Assembly: GCA_965645245.1 (NCBI GenBank)
Contig: OZ287073.1
Location: forward strand, 248,001 to 312,000
Length of the DNA: 64,000 bases
From: Massalongia carnosa
Taxonomy: Eukaryota
Reading direction: 5' to 3'
This document shows, one piece after another, positions 60,725 to 64,000 of the stretch. The notes beneath the pieces were generated by a model. The model saw only the letters and a list, made by a program, of their open reading frames with translations. It did not search any database and had not been told where the DNA came from. Each line of letters starts with the position of its first letter. Positions within the stretch are counted from its first letter, which is position 1. The position numbers and the translations under genes are program-made.

Positions 60725-63700
60725 CTAAGCCTCATCGGGTCCATCTACGGTTTCCGTAGATGGTCTGACGTTATCGATCGTCTGATCCATCCCTGTGAGG
60801 TCCTCTGGCGCCTTCGGTTTTCGAGGATGTTCTCTATGATATTGCAGAACCTTTTCGATAGACTTTCTGAAGTCGGTCCATGGTTGCTAAGGTGGGTTGG
60901 CGTTCTATTCGTCCCAATTTCCAATATATGTGGCCTTATACTGTACCCCAAATTTCCTTGTCTCTCGACAGTCCACTATCTCTAAGATTTCCCACTCTTC
61001 ATGTGTTGCCTCCTCATCGTTTTCGGTAATCAAGACAGGTGGGCCGGGAGGCAGTACTTGCCCTGGGAATGGATTGGACGGAGCGAGATGCAACTTCCAT
61101 GGATGAAATATTGGGGTTAGTCCCACATTCTTTAAATGCTGTGGTATGTCAAGCTCATATGCCTTGTTATCGATTATCCTAACGATTTTCCAGGGACCAA
61201 CGTTTTTAAACCCGAGGGAACGACTTGGACGCTCTGATGCGAAATGTTTAGCATTAACGTACACTAAATCGCCCACTTTGTATTCTGGGTGCGGTTGACG
61301 ATCTTTGTTAGCATGTCGTGTTTGTTCTTCCTGGGCCCATGTTAGCTGATTTCTTAACCATTCTCGCATTGCTTCCTGGCGAGCGACTATTTTGTCAGCA
61401 TGAAGTATCTCGGCCTTTCCCTTTTCTTCATATGTTCCTGGAGGCTCTATTCCCGAACGAGGATGAAAGCCGGGATCTGCGAAGAATGGTGTCATTCCTG
61501 TCGAAACGTTAACATGATTGTTGACGGCGAACTCGGCATCTGAAAGATAGTCGACCCAGTTGTCCTGAGCATAATTGATGTATGATCGAAGGTAGTTCTT
61601 CATTACTTTATTTGCATTCTCAGTTTGACCATCCGTTTCTGGATGATGCGCTGAAGAGAACTTTATCTTTACTCCGTATCTTTCACAAAGTCTTTTCCAC
61701 AGATGAGCAGTCAGCTGACTGCCTCGATCGTTTACCGTTGACAATGGAAAGCCATACGAGGAGAAGAGTCGTCGAGACATGGCGTCCATTAATTCGTCGG
61801 TGGAGAGTGACGTAAGCGGTTCGTATAATCGTCTTTTGGTTAGACGGTCTACTATCACTAATATGTGTTGATACACTTTATTCCTTCGCCGACATTCCGG
61901 CAAAAACTCCACAAAATCTAAAGAGACGTCTGTCCATTTTCTGTTCGGTATGGGTAGAGGATTCAGTAAGCCCTGTTTCTTGACATTGTATGATTTTGAC
62001 CTTCGACAAATGGAGCAGTTCACTGCGTATCTTTTGCAGTGATCCTTCATGTCGAACCAGAAGTAGTTTTCCATCAGTGACTGATACAGGCTTTTATATC
62101 CCGGGTGTCCTTGCAGAGGAGGTTCGTGATGTTTCTGCAACAGGCATAATTGAAGGGGTTCATGATCTGGAACATACAGCCTTTCTTTGACATATAGTCT
62201 TTCATCTTTCACTTTGAGATCTCCCATGGCTAATTTGATCCCTTTCTTTATAAGATGCGATGGAAGCTTGCGAAGTTCTCGTGTTTTGGCAGCGATTATG
62301 TCTTGAACTACTTCATCTTTTTCATAAGCTTCTTCAATTAGTTCTTCTAGAGGTTTCGCTGATGGATCTTCTTTCGAATCGTCGCCTAGTTCTTTCACCG
62401 GATTTTCATTTAAAATCTGACTCTGAGCCTCTTCATCGTCCTCGATGTCCTGAGGTTCCTCAGCTTCTTCGTCAGTGTCATTTGTTCTTGTATTTGCACA
62501 GAAGATCACTGATAAAGCCTTCTTTACGACATCGTCCAGTTGATGCTCCTGTAGCAATGTCTAGATTTGATGTTGTTGTTGTCGAGAGTCGTCAAACCCT
62601 TTTGGAAGATCTTGAGAACGTCGAGTAAGTGTGTCTGGCTTTTCGCCTTGTCTGCCCGGTCGATACATGATTTTGAAATTGAACTCCGAAAGGAATTCAG
62701 CCCATCGGGCCTGTCTGCGGTTCAGTTGCTTTGTCGTCATAAAGTGTTCCAGGTTTTTATGATCAGTATAAACTTTGATTGGCTGGTCAGGCGCAGCACT
62801 TGCTGCCTCGGGCCGCCAGACCTCGAAGCTCTTTATGATAGCGAGGAGTTCCTTATCATATATCATGTAATTACATTCGGCCGGTGTCATCTTCTTGGAG
62901 AAATATGCTACAGGTCTGAGCACTCCGTCATGCATCTGAGATAAGACTCCGGCAGTGACGAAATCCGAAGAGTCTGTTTCTATCCATGTCTCTAGAGAAG
63001 GATCGTAGTGCGCTAACACTGGTGCAGTAGTGAAGGCCTCTTTCAAATCTTCGAAAGTTTTTTTACAATCTTCGGTCCAGATGAACACGTTATATCGGGT
63101 TCTCTTCTTGCCCGACTTGGTCGTTATTTGTTCCCCTTTTGTTGATTCCGTCAGAGACCTTGTACGCTGAGAAAACTTTGATATGAATCGTCGATAGAAA
63201 ACTGCAAAGCCTAGAAAAGCTTGCACGTCCTTCACGGACTCCGGAGTTTCCCATTTCAAAATCGCTTCAATCTTCTCGGAATCCATTTGTATTCCTTCAG
63301 TGGTGACTATAAGTCCGAGGTATTTTACTTTAGTCACCGAGAATTCACATTTGTCAATGTCAACTTGGAGTCCTCGTTCCCCCAAGCGTTTAAGAACCTT
63401 CAAGACGTGATCTGAATGTTCTTCCTCATTATCACTGTAGATCAAGACGTCATCCAGATAAGCAGTACAAAAGACGTCTAAATATTCCCGAACAGAATTA
63501 TTTATATAACTCTGAAAAGTCCCTGGAGCATTGCATAAACCGAAAGGCATGACCAGATATTCGAACTGGCCATATCTTGTGTTAAAAGCGGTAAGCCATT
63601 CATGTCCTTCTTTTACTCGAAGACGATTGAATGCCGTAATAACGTCTAGTTTCGTGAAGCGTTTTGCCTGCGAGAGTTTTCCGGGCGTCTCGTTAATTAG

Positions 63701-64000
63701 GGGAATAGGATATCGATTCTTTACTGTGATGGCATTCAAGGCTCGATAGTCCACACAAAATCTCAGTCCACCACCAGGTTTTCGAACTAGAAAGACTGGA
63801 GCAGCTGCTGCCGACGAACTAGGACGAATGAATCCCTTACCCATATGTTCGTCAATATACTTCTTGACAGCTTCCAACTCCTGTTCTGACATAGGCTTAT
63901 AGTTCCTGACATAAGGGGGTTCTTTTCCGTCCATGAGGTTAATCTCGTGATCCTCCTTACGATGTTCCGGTAGTTCGTCTGCTTTATGCTTCATAAAGAC
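60725..64000 (-). mobile_element. Ty3/Gypsy chromovirus (Gypsy-3) pol: RT-RNase H-integrase-chromodomain, continues past window end
   Basis: [29 protein letters not shown]…CSIC, HPETDGQTE, GPW, chromodomain WEILEIVD…YKATY. In-frame TAG stops at 62561 and 60905. Confidence 0.93.

Overview
This is a eukaryotic window, almost certainly from a filamentous ascomycete (short GT-AG introns, and fungal-type Copia, chromoviral Gypsy, Fot1/pogo, MULE and Tad1-like LINE families). It is a transposon graveyard of deeply nested insertions. It holds three Copia elements (one GalEa-like), three Gypsy elements, a LINE, two nested Tc1/mariner-pogo transposons, an apparently intact Mutator, at least 12 solo LTRs and three broken host genes (C2H2-finger fragment, divergent EF-1alpha-like GTPase, caspase-like protease). 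The most unusual element is an apparently intact tyrosine-recombinase retrotransposon (56073-60468). It has only 8-bp terminal inverted repeats, no target duplication, no visible DIRS/Ngaro-type terminal repeats, a gag-pol junction at an in-frame TGA-CTA readthrough motif, and a strongly base-paired 3' UTR. Also notable are a TA-flanked 116-bp-TIR unit (31389-43053) that encloses a LINE instead of a transposase, and a Gypsy with an extra 3' ORF. Boundaries and TSDs were read by eye. Family names come from motif recognition, not database searches. Solo-LTR family labels A-F are my own.
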